Source: an uncultured Aquiluna sp. (lineage in GTDB: Bacteria; Actinomycetota; Actinomycetes; Actinomycetales; Microbacteriaceae). From it: a stretch of DNA of 64,000 nt. Position 1 is the stretch's first letter. The number at the start of each line of letters is the position of its first letter. Position numbers and translations under genes: made by a program. Positions 8,514-18,678 of the stretch are shown one piece after another. The stretch is taken from assembly GCA_964527155.1 (NCBI GenBank), contig CAZGNP010000001.1:42124-106123 (forward strand). Direction: 5' to 3'. The notes below the pieces were generated by a model that was given only the letters and a program-made list of their open reading frames with translations, was not told the origin of the DNA and ran no database searches.

Positions 8514-9853
8514 AAACACTATTTTGGTTTCGACGCGACCGAAGACTTCAAGATAATGAAGCCCTGAATTTTGCCGTTGAGGGTGCTACTGAGCTCTACC
8601 CGCTCTATGTATTTCCGGAAACCCTTGGAACTCTCACTCCCCTGCGCCAGGCTTCCATAATTGAAAGCGTAAAAAGTTTGTCAGCCAGCATTCCTTCTGG
8701 GATGAACATCGCCACAGGCGACACTGCTGAGACAATAGCCAGCTTTGCTAAAACGAATGGGATAGAACGCGTAGTTGCAACTAGGGCCTATGACACCAAT
8801 GGAATGCTTGAGCAAGCAGAGCTGGCTGAAAAGCTTAAATCAATGGGCGTAGTCCTAAACCTTATTGGAAGCTACTATGCGATTGTTCCTGGAACGGTTC
8901 GCAAGGATGACGGGTTGCCGCTTCGGGTATACACGCCTTTCTATAAGAGATGGTCCTTGCTTGATTGGGGCTCCCCGTTGCAATTAGATGTTGCGACTGT
9001 CAACTGGAGGCGTGTGTCAGCAAAAGAATTGCCCAGCGTTCAGGGAAAGCCTCCCTATGAGGTAAAGGCGTCGGAAGAGTTTGCGCTCAGCACCTGGAAT
9101 AGATTTAGAGAACGTGCCCTCACGAACTACCACGAGGATCGCAACCGGACAGATTTGTCTGGAACCTCCCACCTGTCACACGCGCTGGCCCACGGTGAAA
9201 TACATCCCCGCACCCTTCTCGTCGAATTAGGTGACAGCCAGGGTGAAGAGGTTTTCAGAAAGGAAATAGCTTGGCGAGAGTTTTATGCCGATGTGCTTTT
9301 CCATAACCCGCATACCTTGACCGCCTACTACGAGCCACGGTTTGCTAAAATGCGCTACGACAGTCCAGACTCAACGAAATTTACAGCCTGGCAGGATGGA
9401 AAAACCGGCTATCCAATCGTTGACGCAGCAATGAGGCAACTGGTTCAATCCGGTTGGATGCACAATCGATCAAGAATGATTGTGGCCAGTTTTCTAGTAA
9501 AAGACCTTCACATCGAATGGCAACACGGTGCGGAATTCTTCGAGAAACACCTAACCGATTTTGATCCAGCCTCAAACGCCCACGGCTGGCAATGGACTGC
9601 TGGCTGTGGAACTGATGCCTCGCCTTACTACCGCATTTTCAACCCGATCCTGCAAGGTGAGAAATTTGACCCTCAGGGCGATTACGTCAGAAAATGGGTG
9701 CCAGAACTTCGTCACATTGAGGATGGTTCCGTTCATCAACCTTGGAATCTCATAGATGGTTACAACCACGCTTATCCAGAGCGCATTGTTGACCACGATC
9801 AGGAGCGAGCAGAATCATTGCTTCGACTCGAGGAGATTAAAGCGAAAGATTGA
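8510..9853 (+). CDS. phr: Deoxyribodipyrimidine photolyase (class I CPD photolyase/cryptochrome family)
   Basis: 447 aa. WFRRDRRLQDN, WREFY, GWMHNRSRMIVASFLVKDL and WQWTAGCGTDASPYYRIFNP closely follow E. coli-type Phr motifs. Its ATG overlaps the ctaA stop (ATGA). Confidence 0.9.
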   Translation: MKTLFWFRRDRRLQDNEALNFAVEGATELYPLYVFPETLGTLTPLRQASIIESVKSLSASIPSGMNIATGDTAETIASFAKTNGIERVVATRAYDTNGMLEQAELAEKLKSMGVVLNLIGSYYAIVPGTVRKDDGLPLRVYTPFYKRWSLLDWGSPLQLDVATVNWRRVSAKELPSVQGKPPYEVKASEEFALSTWNRFRERALTNYHEDRNRTDLSGTSHLSHALAHGEIHPRTLLVELGDSQGEEVFRKEIAWREFYADVLFHNPHTLTAYYEPRFAKMRYDSPDSTKFTAWQDGKTGYPIVDAAMRQLVQSGWMHNRSRMIVASFLVKDLHIEWQHGAEFFEKHLTDFDPASNAHGWQWTAGCGTDASPYYRIFNPILQGEKFDPQGDYVRKWVPELRHIEDGSVHQPWNLIDGYNHAYPERIVDHDQERAESLLRLEEIKAKD

Positions 9854-10748
9854 TCAGCGGATCAATCGCTATAGCAAGAAAAATCAGCGTGAGATGCGAT
9901 ATTGAACCGTGGAATAGGCGCATTGGATTCTGGTCTTGACCATTTTTATCTGAATTTGCAAGTTTGTAGGCCTCAAGCACGAACCAGATTCCTGACACTA
10001 TTGCGATTGAAGTGTAAATAAGGCCCATGTTGGCCACGGGAATTAGTAGAAGAGTTGAGGCAAAGTATGCCCAGCTGTAAAGAATAATTTGACCGGTAAC
10101 AACCTGACTCTTTGAAACCACTGGGAGCATTGGAACATTCGCATTTCGATAATCATCTTGATACTTCATTGAAAGAGGCCAGTAGTGCGGCGGGGTCCAA
10201 AGAAAAATGATAAGAAATAATGCAATGGCACTGAGAGAGATTTCGTTGGTTACAGCCGCCCAACCAATTAGGGCCGGCATAGCGCCAGCTGCACCGCCCC
10301 AGACAATGTTTTGTGGAGTTCTGCGTTTCAGCCCAAGGGTATACACAAATACATAAAACAGAATTGCTATTAGGGAAAGAATTGCCGATAGCAAGTTGAC
10401 GAAGACTGCAAAGAAAACGACTGACACTATTCCGATTGTCCAAGCGAAGCCAAGCGCTTCTCTCGTGGAGAGCTCCCCAGTGACTAACGGGCGATTCTTG
10501 GTCCGACCCATCACCCGATCTATGTCTACGTCGATGTAGCAATTAAATGCGTTAGCGCTACCTGCCGACAGTGCTCCACCAAACAGCACACCCAGAATCA
10601 ACCACAGGTTGGGAACCCCGCGCTCGGCCAGGATCATGGTCGGAACCGTTGAAATCAGCAGTAGCTCGATTACTCTGGGCTTGGTTAGCGCGAAGTAAGC
10701 CCTGGCTTTCGAAAACAGGCGCGCGCTTAGTTGCTGGTTCGTTGACAT
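9837..10748 (-). CDS. ctaB: Protoheme IX farnesyltransferase (heme O synthase) CtaB
   Basis: UbiA-family motif NCYIDVDIDRVMGRTKNRP. I start it at ATG 10748 (MSTNQQLSARLF..., 303 aa). The 369-aa track ORF would run into tkt. Confidence 0.9.
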   Translation of the reverse strand: MSTNQQLSARLFSKARAYFALTKPRVIELLLISTVPTMILAERGVPNLWLILGVLFGGALSAGSANAFNCYIDVDIDRVMGRTKNRPLVTGELSTREALGFAWTIGIVSVVFFAVFVNLLSAILSLIAILFYVFVYTLGLKRRTPQNIVWGGAAGAMPALIGWAAVTNEISLSAIALFLIIFLWTPPHYWPLSMKYQDDYRNANVPMLPVVSKSQVVTGQIILYSWAYFASTLLLIPVANMGLIYTSIAIVSGIWFVLEAYKLANSDKNGQDQNPMRLFHGSISHLTLIFLAIAIDPLINLSL

Positions 10749-10818
10749 TTGTTCCAGTCTAAAGCTCCCTGGGGGCCACCAAGGCCTGCGGGTATAGACT
10801 TCCAGCAACGCCTGAGCA

Positions 10819-12927
10819 TTGTCGCTGCGCCAATTCCAATCCCTTCGAGATAGGACAATTCCATTGCTGAACTGGAATGAATTAGATGATTTAGCTGTAA
10901 AGACGGCAAAAGTACTAGCGGCAGATGCGGTCGAGAAGGTAGGCAACGGTCACCCAGGAACCGCAATAAGTCTCGCACCAGCTGCCTATTTGTTGTTTCA
11001 GAAAGTGATGAGACACGATCCCACGGATGACCGTTGGATTGGCCGTGATCGATTTATTCTCTCTGCCGGGCACTCCTCTTTGACTTTATACAACCAACTA
11101 TTTTTGGGTGGTTTTGGTCTTGAGTTGCAGGATCTCAAGGCGCTGCGAACCCTCGGTTCTCTCACCCCCGGTCATCCTGAGTATGGTCATACCAAAGGCG
11201 TTGAAATTACCACGGGTCCTCTGGGGTCAGGTCTAGCCTCTGCCACTGGATTTGCTATGTCCACTCGTTTTGAAAAAGACCTATTTGATCCAAATTCAAC
11301 CGCTGATTCGCCGTTTGACCACTTCGTCTATGTAATTGCTAGTGACGGTGACGTTATGGAGGGGGTTAGTGCGGAGTCGGGCTCTCTAGCTGGCCACCTT
11401 GGACTGGGTAACTTGATAGTCATCTACGATTCCAATCAAATATCAATTGAAGATGACACAAACATAAGCTTCAGTGAAGACGTAGCCGCGCGCTATCGAT
11501 CATACGGCTGGGAGACGTTTGAGGTTGATTGGACCAAAAATGGCTATAAAGAAGATGTAAAAACTCTCTTTGAGGTTATTCAAAAAGCAAAACAAAACAA
11601 AGATCAACCAACCTTTATAACCCTAAAGACAATTATCGGATGGCCTTCGCCAGAGAAGCAAAACACCGGCAAAATCCACGGTTCCAAACTTGGTGCTGAA
11701 GAGGTTGCGGGGTTAAAAAAGGTTTTAGGTTTTGATCCAGAAAAGGATTTTCAGGTCAGTAGTGAGGTTTTGCAACACACGCGTTCGCTAATCGAACGCG
11801 GAAAAAGAGAGCGCCTGGCGTGGGATTCAAAGTTTGACACTTGGGCCAAGGCTAACCCTGAAAGCGCAAAGCTACTGAATCGACTTCAAAATGGCGAGCT
11901 ACCGGAAGCTCTCGAAAATGCTCTTCCAAAATTCGCCGCTGGAGAAGAGATTGCAACGCGAGCTGCCTCTGGGAAAGTTCTGAATGCACTAGCCGCGCAG
12001 CTACCAGAATTGTGGGGCGGTTCAGCAGATTTGGCCGAATCAAACAACACCACAATTGAAGGCGCAGGGTCCTTCGTGCCAGCGAAGTGGCAAACAAAAC
12101 ACTGGAAGCCGACCAAGGGTGGTCGAATACTGCACTTTGGTATTCGCGAACACGCGATGGGTGCGATTCTCAATGGAATTTGCCTTTCGGGGCACACACG
12201 GCCATTCGGTGGAACCTTCCTCGTGTTTTCTGACTACATGCGCCCTTCGGTTCGACTGGCCGCCTTGATGGGCATAGCTCCCATTTATGTCTGGACCCAT
12301 GACTCCGTGGCGCTTGGTGAGGACGGCCCAACACATCAACCAATTGAGCACCTAACGGCGTTGCGCGCGATCCCAAATCTCTCCGTGATCAGGCCTGCGG
12401 ATGCAAATGAGACTGCATACGCATGGCTCGAAGCACTAAAACGCAAGGCGAGCCCATCAGCGCTTGTCCTGTCCCGACAGAATTTGCCAGTACTTCCAAG
12501 GGACGGCCAGTACGGTCCGGCTGATCTTGTTGCCAATGGCGGCTACGTCTATGCAGATGCAGAAAACGGCTCACCCGAGGTAATTGTGATTGGCACTGGC
12601 AGTGAACTTCAGTTTGCGGTCGAGGCAAAGCGTGAATTAGATGCCCTAGGAATTCCAACGAGAGTTGTTTCGATGCCCTGCGTTGAGTGGTTTATGGAGC
12701 AGTCTCAGGCTTATAGAGACTCAGTCATTGATCCACAGGTTTCCAGTCGAATCTCAATCGAAGCGGGACTAACCACTGGTTGGCGAGAACTAGTTGGCGA
12801 CAAAGGCGTATCTATTGGAATTAATCACTACGGGGCATCGGCGGATTACAAGACACTCTTCAAGGAGTTCGGGATCACATCCGAGGCGATTGTCAAGGCC
12901 GCCAAGGACCTAACTGGGAGTAAATAG
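10819..12927 (+). CDS. tkt: Transketolase
   Basis: 702 aa. GNGHPGTA, ASDGDVMEG and THDSVALGEDGPTHQP motifs. TTG 10819 is the longest start and the true start may be slightly downstream. Confidence 0.93.
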   Translation: MSLRQFQSLRDRTIPLLNWNELDDLAVKTAKVLAADAVEKVGNGHPGTAISLAPAAYLLFQKVMRHDPTDDRWIGRDRFILSAGHSSLTLYNQLFLGGFGLELQDLKALRTLGSLTPGHPEYGHTKGVEITTGPLGSGLASATGFAMSTRFEKDLFDPNSTADSPFDHFVYVIASDGDVMEGVSAESGSLAGHLGLGNLIVIYDSNQISIEDDTNISFSEDVAARYRSYGWETFEVDWTKNGYKEDVKTLFEVIQKAKQNKDQPTFITLKTIIGWPSPEKQNTGKIHGSKLGAEEVAGLKKVLGFDPEKDFQVSSEVLQHTRSLIERGKRERLAWDSKFDTWAKANPESAKLLNRLQNGELPEALENALPKFAAGEEIATRAASGKVLNALAAQLPELWGGSADLAESNNTTIEGAGSFVPAKWQTKHWKPTKGGRILHFGIREHAMGAILNGICLSGHTRPFGGTFLVFSDYMRPSVRLAALMGIAPIYVWTHDSVALGEDGPTHQPIEHLTALRAIPNLSVIRPADANETAYAWLEALKRKASPSALVLSRQNLPVLPRDGQYGPADLVANGGYVYADAENGSPEVIVIGTGSELQFAVEAKRELDALGIPTRVVSMPCVEWFMEQSQAYRDSVIDPQVSSRISIEAGLTTGWRELVGDKGVSIGINHYGASADYKTLFKEFGITSEAIVKAAKDLTGSK

Positions 12928-14019
12928 ATGAATCAGAACATGACTGCTCTAACGGCTGCTGGAGTTTCCGTTTGGTTAGACGATCTCTCCAGGTCGAGAA
13001 TTGAGAGTGGGAATCTCAAATCGCTCATTGATGAGTATTCAGTGAGAGGAGTCACAACAAACCCAACAATATTTGCGTCTGCCCTGAAGACGGATGCTTA
13101 TCACTCGGCGCTTCGTCGGGAAAAGGAATTGGGCAGCTCCACCGAGCAGGCAATTTTTAACATAACCACTGAAGATGTTGCCGCTGCTTGCGACGTTTTC
13201 ATGCCGGTCTATAAATCTTCTAAGGGTGTAGATGGCCGGGTCTCAATCGAGGTATCTCCTGATTTAGCATTTGAAACCCAAGATACTGTTGCTGAGGCAA
13301 TTGCTCTTCACAAAAGAGTTGGCAGAGAAAACGTAATGATAAAGATTCCTGCGACCATTCCTGGACTGGCTGCAATAACTGAAGTTATTGCTCTAGGGAT
13401 TTCTGTCAATGTAACGCTAATTTTCTCGCTTGAGCGCTACCGCGCAGTGATTGATGCTTACTTTTCCGGTCTTGAAAGAGCGATGGCGAACAATCTACCC
13501 CTGGAAAACATTCACTCCGTAGCCTCATTCTTTGTATCAAGGGTCGACACAGAGGTTGACAAGCGTCTTGCTTCAATCGGACGTGAAGATCTCAAGTCAA
13601 GGGCAGCCGTTGCAAATGCGCAGTTGGCGTATGAGCTTTTCCTAAAGGAGTTCAGCTCCGAGCGCTGGCAGTCGCTAGCGGCAAATGGAGCTCGCCTGCA
13701 GCGACCGTTGATGGCATCCACAGGCGTCAAGGACCTGGCACTCCCCGACACTCTCTACGTCTCCGAACTGATAGCACCGAATTTGGTTAACACCATGCCC
13801 GAGAAGACCTTGCTTGCATTTGCCGATCACGGCAAGGTCATTGGCAACTCGATTGAACCTAAGCTCGCTGCGGCCAAGCAAGCCATTTCGGAGTTGACCG
13901 CAGTCGGAGTAAATCTAGATGAAGTTACAGACCTGCTAGAAAAAGAAGGTGTTGAGAAGTTCGTCGTATCCTGGCATGAACTAATTGCATCCGTAGACGA
14001 CGCCCTAAAGAGTGCATAA
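12928..14019 (+). CDS. tal: Transaldolase
   Basis: 363 aa. GVTTNPTIF and MIKIPAT (Schiff-base Lys) motifs. ATG immediately after the tkt stop. Confidence 0.95.
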   Translation: MNQNMTALTAAGVSVWLDDLSRSRIESGNLKSLIDEYSVRGVTTNPTIFASALKTDAYHSALRREKELGSSTEQAIFNITTEDVAAACDVFMPVYKSSKGVDGRVSIEVSPDLAFETQDTVAEAIALHKRVGRENVMIKIPATIPGLAAITEVIALGISVNVTLIFSLERYRAVIDAYFSGLERAMANNLPLENIHSVASFFVSRVDTEVDKRLASIGREDLKSRAAVANAQLAYELFLKEFSSERWQSLAANGARLQRPLMASTGVKDLALPDTLYVSELIAPNLVNTMPEKTLLAFADHGKVIGNSIEPKLAAAKQAISELTAVGVNLDEVTDLLEKEGVEKFVVSWHELIASVDDALKSA

Positions 14020-15577
14020 CATGCGCGTTCAGTTGAAATCAGATTTAGCAAATCAGGTTGGGCCAGTTATTCAACGAATTGTTGATCACCAAATCGCTTC
14101 CCGAATTGCAGCGCGAGATAGTGGGATCTGGGGTGTAGAAGCTCAAGCGGAGGCCAGTATCAGGCTCGGCTGGGTGAATAGCCCGCGAGAATCAGTCGAA
14201 CTATTGCCGAGCATATTTATGCTGCGTGATGAGCTTTTCCAGATGGGAGTCAATAGATTTGTCCTTTGCGGAATGGGCGGATCATCACTGGCTCCAGAAG
14301 TAATTGCGAACTATTTCAACAAGGAACTCATCATTCTCGATTCAACATCGCCTCAAGCAGTCAGACTGGCAGTTAGAGATCTTGAACGAACTGCAGTCGT
14401 GGTGTCCTCGAAGTCCGGATCTACTGTTGAAACGGATTCTCAGAAGCGGATTTTTGAAAAGGCGTTTAGAGACGCCGGCATTGATGCAACTAAGCGGATG
14501 ATTATCGTTACAGACCCAAATTCTCCCCTGGATCAGTCATCACGCGCGGATGGCTACAAAGTATTCAATGCCGATCCAACCGTCGGAGGTCGCTACAGCG
14601 CCCTGACTGCGTTTGGTTTGGTCCCCTCTGGTCTTGCGGGCTGTGACATCAGTCAAATATTGCACGACGCTCGTCAGGCACTACCAGCCCTCGAATCCGA
14701 CAGTGTCGATAACCCTGCCGTCGTCTTAGCGGCGGCACTCGCTGGGCGCAAGGCAGTAGATAAATTCCTTATTGAGGCGGATACCATTCCGAGCTTCGGT
14801 GACTGGGTTGAACAATTAGTTGCCGAGAGTACCGGGAAGAATAACCGAGGTATTTTGCCGATAGCACTATCACAAGCGGCTCCTGAACTATTAACGCATT
14901 TTGCGGACACTCTCAGTGTGCGAGTATCAAACCCACTGGCTGATGTGGATTTCGATGGATCGCTCGGAGAGCTCTTTGTGCTTTGGGAGTATGCCACCGC
15001 TATTGCTGGTTGGCTGTTAGCCATCAACCCATTTGATCAACCCAATGTTGAGAGCGCAAAAGTGGCGGCACGAGCGCTGCTTGACCAACCAACCTTGACT
15101 AACACTTCAGACTTCACTGATCGCTCGATTGCTGTGACAGCAAGGGGTTATCAATTCCAGGGCACTACCGTGGAGTCGGCCGTTGAGAGTCTGCTACAAG
15201 AACTTGGGCCTAATGGCTATCTAGCTATTCATGCCTATCTGCCAGCTGGTTCCTATCCTCAATTTTTAGAGCTCCGAGACATAGCGGCGAAGAGAATCAA
15301 TAGGCCCGTCACTTTCGGTTGGGGACCAAGGTTTCTCCACTCAACTGGGCAGTATCACAAGGGTGGGCCTAAACAGGGTGTATTTCTTCAGCTGACACAA
15401 ACAGTAAATGACGATCTTTCGATTCCAGGACGAGAATTCAGCTTTGGTCAACTAATAACTGCACAGGCTAACGGGGACGCTGAAGTTCTTGCCCAGCACA
15501 ACCTGCCGGTACTTACTCTACAATTCTCTGACCCGCTCGAGGCCCTCAACTTGCTAAAGGGAGTTATTAGGTCTTGA
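14012..15577 (+). CDS. pgi: Glucose-6-phosphate isomerase
   Basis: 521 aa. SIS-type CGMGGSSLAPEV and VSSKSGSTVET motifs. GTG 14012 overlaps tal by 8 nt; ATG 14021 is an alternative start. Confidence 0.88.
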   Translation: MHNMRVQLKSDLANQVGPVIQRIVDHQIASRIAARDSGIWGVEAQAEASIRLGWVNSPRESVELLPSIFMLRDELFQMGVNRFVLCGMGGSSLAPEVIANYFNKELIILDSTSPQAVRLAVRDLERTAVVVSSKSGSTVETDSQKRIFEKAFRDAGIDATKRMIIVTDPNSPLDQSSRADGYKVFNADPTVGGRYSALTAFGLVPSGLAGCDISQILHDARQALPALESDSVDNPAVVLAAALAGRKAVDKFLIEADTIPSFGDWVEQLVAESTGKNNRGILPIALSQAAPELLTHFADTLSVRVSNPLADVDFDGSLGELFVLWEYATAIAGWLLAINPFDQPNVESAKVAARALLDQPTLTNTSDFTDRSIAVTARGYQFQGTTVESAVESLLQELGPNGYLAIHAYLPAGSYPQFLELRDIAAKRINRPVTFGWGPRFLHSTGQYHKGGPKQGVFLQLTQTVNDDLSIPGREFSFGQLITAQANGDAEVLAQHNLPVLTLQFSDPLEALNLLKGVIRS

Positions 15578-17091
15578 AGAATCCTCTCAAGCAATCAGCA
15601 GACCGGCGGCTCAAAAAAATCGCTGGTCCATCAGGACTGATTATGTTTGGGGTCACTGGTGATCTATCCCGCAAGAAATTGATGCCGGCGATTTACGACT
15701 TAGCGAATCGTGGCTTACTCCCTCCCTCTTTCTCACTCGTTGGATTCGCCCGACGTGACTGGGCAAACCAAGATTTTAAAGAAATTGTCGAGCAGTCTAT
15801 TCGTGAATTTGCACGCACCGAATGGTCTGCCCCAGTTTGGGAGCAGTTATCTAAGGGCATTCGGTTCGTATCTGGCAGTCACGATGACCCAGTCGCATTT
15901 GACAGGCTTAGGTCAACCGTTGACGCATTAGACGAGGAAAGAGGGACAGCTGGAAATCACACTTTTTATCTGTCAATACCACCAAAGGACTTTCCGCAAG
16001 TAATCAGTCAGTTGGATCGCTCTGGCCTCGCTACTGCCCAAGCTGGTCAGTTTAGAAGGGTTGTTATAGAAAAGCCTTTTGGTTCAGATCTCAAATCTGC
16101 GCAGGAACTCAACGAGGTCGTCGAAAGAGTTTTTCCAGCCGATGCGGTTTTTCGTATTGACCACTATCTAGGTAAAGAAACGGTTCAAAATATCCTCGCC
16201 CTAAGATTTGCCAATCAGCTTTTCGAGCCTATTTGGAGCAGTGACTTTATTGATCATGTGCAGATAACCATGGCTGAGGACATAGGAATCGGAGGAAGGG
16301 CGGGTTACTACGACGGTATCGGAGCGGCCCGCGACGTAATACAGAATCACTTATTGCAATTATTGGCCTTAACCGCCATGGACAGGCCGAGCAGTTTTGA
16401 GGCTTCAAACTTGCGGGAGGCAAAAGAGCGTGTTCTGGCTGCAGTTAGATTGCCTGAGGATCTTTCCTTACACACAGCACGAGGCCAGTATTCAGCTGGC
16501 TGGCAAGGTGGAGAGCAAGTTGTGGGCTATCTGGATGAGGATGGCATTTCAACAAGCAGCAAGACTGAGACTTTTGCCGCTATGCGACTCGACCTTGATA
16601 CAGACCGCTGGAGGGGAACACCGTTCTACATTCGTGCGGGAAAGCGACTTGGTAGAAGAGTTACCGAGATTGCAATAGTTTTTAAGCGTCCGACTCATCA
16701 ATTGTTTGGTCAGGAAGAGACATCCCAGCTCGGTGAAAACGCATTGGTAATTCGGGTTCAACCGAATGAGGGTGTCACCATCAGGTTTGGTTCGAAGGTG
16801 CCTGGGCCTGTGATGCAGGTACGAGATGTCACAATGGACTTCGCATATGGTCACGCCTTCACCGAGGATTCCCCGGAAGCCTATGAAAGACTTATTTTGG
16901 ATGTTCTCTTAGGTGAGCCTCCACTATTCCCACGACAGCGTGAAGTGGAACTTGCATGGAAGATACTCGATCCCATAGTTCAATTCTGGTCAACGCAATC
17001 CTCTTGTGAGCAGTATCAACCTGGTTCTTGGGGCCCAGAGAGCGCAAGTCGCATGATGGCGGCTGATGGAAGGGTTTGGCGAAGGCCATGA
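15574..17091 (+). CDS. zwf: Glucose-6-phosphate 1-dehydrogenase
   Basis: 505 aa. FGVTGDLSRKKL and RIDHYLGKE motifs. TTG start overlaps the pgi stop (TTGA). Confidence 0.95.
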   Translation: MKNPLKQSADRRLKKIAGPSGLIMFGVTGDLSRKKLMPAIYDLANRGLLPPSFSLVGFARRDWANQDFKEIVEQSIREFARTEWSAPVWEQLSKGIRFVSGSHDDPVAFDRLRSTVDALDEERGTAGNHTFYLSIPPKDFPQVISQLDRSGLATAQAGQFRRVVIEKPFGSDLKSAQELNEVVERVFPADAVFRIDHYLGKETVQNILALRFANQLFEPIWSSDFIDHVQITMAEDIGIGGRAGYYDGIGAARDVIQNHLLQLLALTAMDRPSSFEASNLREAKERVLAAVRLPEDLSLHTARGQYSAGWQGGEQVVGYLDEDGISTSSKTETFAAMRLDLDTDRWRGTPFYIRAGKRLGRRVTEIAIVFKRPTHQLFGQEETSQLGENALVIRVQPNEGVTIRFGSKVPGPVMQVRDVTMDFAYGHAFTEDSPEAYERLILDVLLGEPPLFPRQREVELAWKILDPIVQFWSTQSSCEQYQPGSWGPESASRMMAADGRVWRRP

Positions 17092-18005
17092 TTGTTGAAC
17101 TGCGAAACACCAGCACGGCAAAAATTGCCAAACAGCTGCAGGACCTGCGTGACACTGGCGGCGTGGTTGCGCTCGGGCGTGTACTGAGTCTCTTGGTTGA
17201 AACTGATGCTGAGAGCCTTGAGAGTGCCATTCAGACTGCTAATTCTGCGTCTCGTCTTCACCCATCAAGGATTATCGTTCTGGCCAAGGATGTAAGTGGA
17301 AGCTCAAATTTAGACGCTGAAATTCGAGTTGGAGGCGACGCTGGCGCCAGTGAGGTGATTGTTCTAAAGGCCGCAGGAAGCACCCTGAGCAACATCGAAT
17401 CCTTGGTGTCAGGGCTTTTGCTCCCGGACGCACCGATTGTTGCATGGTGGCCGGTGGATTGCTCCGACAATCCGGCTGCAACGGAATTGGGACGCATGGC
17501 GGGTCGGCGCATTTCTAATTCGGCTTCGCAACCTGACCCTGTGTCTTTTCTGAGGAGGCTTGCAAAAAACTACCATCCCGGCGATGGTGACATGGCTTGG
17601 ACAAGGATTACTCTCTGGCGCTCCCAGCTTGCTGCCTTACTTGAGCAGCACCTAGAGCGGAAAATACAGGCAGTAAAGGTGTTTGGCAGCAGCGATTCAC
17701 CAAGCACCCACCTATTAAGAAGCTGGTTGAAGCTGAAACTCCAAGTCGGAGTTGAAATTGTTGAGAAAATCGGAAAGGCAGAGGTTTCTGGCGTCGGGGG
17801 CGTCGAGGTTCAATTCGATTCGGGGACAATGCGAATTATCAGGACGGGACAGGTGGCTGAAATCGAGCAGCCAGGTTTGCCATCCACTTCTGTTTTGCTT
17901 CCGCCGCGCAGTGATCTTGATTGCCTGATCGAAGACCTTCGCTATTTGTCAGAGGACATAGAGTATGCGGAAGTATTAAGGGAAGGATTGACAATTGATA
18001 GCTAA
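17088..18005 (+). CDS. opcA: Glucose-6-phosphate dehydrogenase assembly protein OpcA
   Basis: MIVELRNTSTAKIAKQLQDLRDTGGVVALGRVLSLLV matches the OpcA N-terminus. ATG 17088 overlaps the zwf stop (ATGA). The track start at 17076 (TTG) is probably 4 codons too long. Confidence 0.9.
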   Translation: MIVELRNTSTAKIAKQLQDLRDTGGVVALGRVLSLLVETDAESLESAIQTANSASRLHPSRIIVLAKDVSGSSNLDAEIRVGGDAGASEVIVLKAAGSTLSNIESLVSGLLLPDAPIVAWWPVDCSDNPAATELGRMAGRRISNSASQPDPVSFLRRLAKNYHPGDGDMAWTRITLWRSQLAALLEQHLERKIQAVKVFGSSDSPSTHLLRSWLKLKLQVGVEIVEKIGKAEVSGVGGVEVQFDSGTMRIIRTGQVAEIEQPGLPSTSVLLPPRSDLDCLIEDLRYLSEDIEYAEVLREGLTIDS

Positions 18006-18678
18006 GTCCTTTCGAACTCAAGATGACCAGGTTCAGGCTGTAGCTTTGGCGGTGGCGGATCTCATTGAAAAAAGCAACAAACAAACCTTCAACCTAGTGG
18101 TGACTGGCGGCGGTTTGGGGATAAAGACCCTTGAAGCACTAGGCAAGGCAATTAAGCAACCAAAGAAGCTCCGAATTATTTTCTGTGACGAGCGCTTTGT
18201 CGATTACCACTCACCAGATCGAAATGAATCACAAGCTATTTCTGCGTGGCCGACGATTGAAGCCACCGATTTTATTCGCTATCCCCAGCCAAACGGATCA
18301 ATTGAGTCCGCAGCATCAGAATTTTCAAATTACTTGGATCAGCTCTATGGAGACCCTTTAAGGAATGAGGCAATTTTTGATCTCATTCTTCTTGGCATTG
18401 GAGAAGATGGACACGTAGCCTCTCTTTTCCCTGGTAAGTCACATTCTCCGGCTTGGGTTGTAGCCGAATTAAACTCGCCGAAGTCTCCTAAGGAGCGACT
18501 CAGCCTTAGCTATGAGGCACTCAATCGTTCCGAGCGAGTTTGGTTTGTGGTTGGGGGCGCTTCAAAGGTGGATGCGATGAAAAGAATCAGAAACGGTGAG
18601 CAACTGCCTGCTACAAAAGTTGTCGGAATCAAAGAGACAATCTGGTGGCTAGACGACGAACTCAACGACGCGCTTTAG
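17995..18678 (+). CDS. pgl: 6-phosphogluconolactonase
   Basis: 227 aa. LLGIGEDGHVASLFPG motif, operon position after opcA, TTG start. Confidence 0.88.
   Translation: MIAKSFRTQDDQVQAVALAVADLIEKSNKQTFNLVVTGGGLGIKTLEALGKAIKQPKKLRIIFCDERFVDYHSPDRNESQAISAWPTIEATDFIRYPQPNGSIESAASEFSNYLDQLYGDPLRNEAIFDLILLGIGEDGHVASLFPGKSHSPAWVVAELNSPKSPKERLSLSYEALNRSERVWFVVGGASKVDAMKRIRNGEQLPATKVVGIKETIWWLDDELNDAL

Noticed and set aside
10749-10946. 66-codon N-terminal extension of the ctaB ORF, which would overlap the tkt start.
   Set aside because: The extension is not UbiA-like. The conserved CtaB sequence begins just after ATG 10748, and the extension would erase the divergent ctaB/tkt promoter region.
11780-11800. 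Perfect 8-bp inverted repeat CGCGTTCG-CTAAT-CGAACGCG inside tkt.
   Set aside because: No U-tract follows, and it is in the middle of a conserved coding region. One perfect 8-bp palindrome per loop size is roughly the chance expectation in 64 kb. The half-site order does not match the TCGAAC-N4-GTTCGA LexA box.
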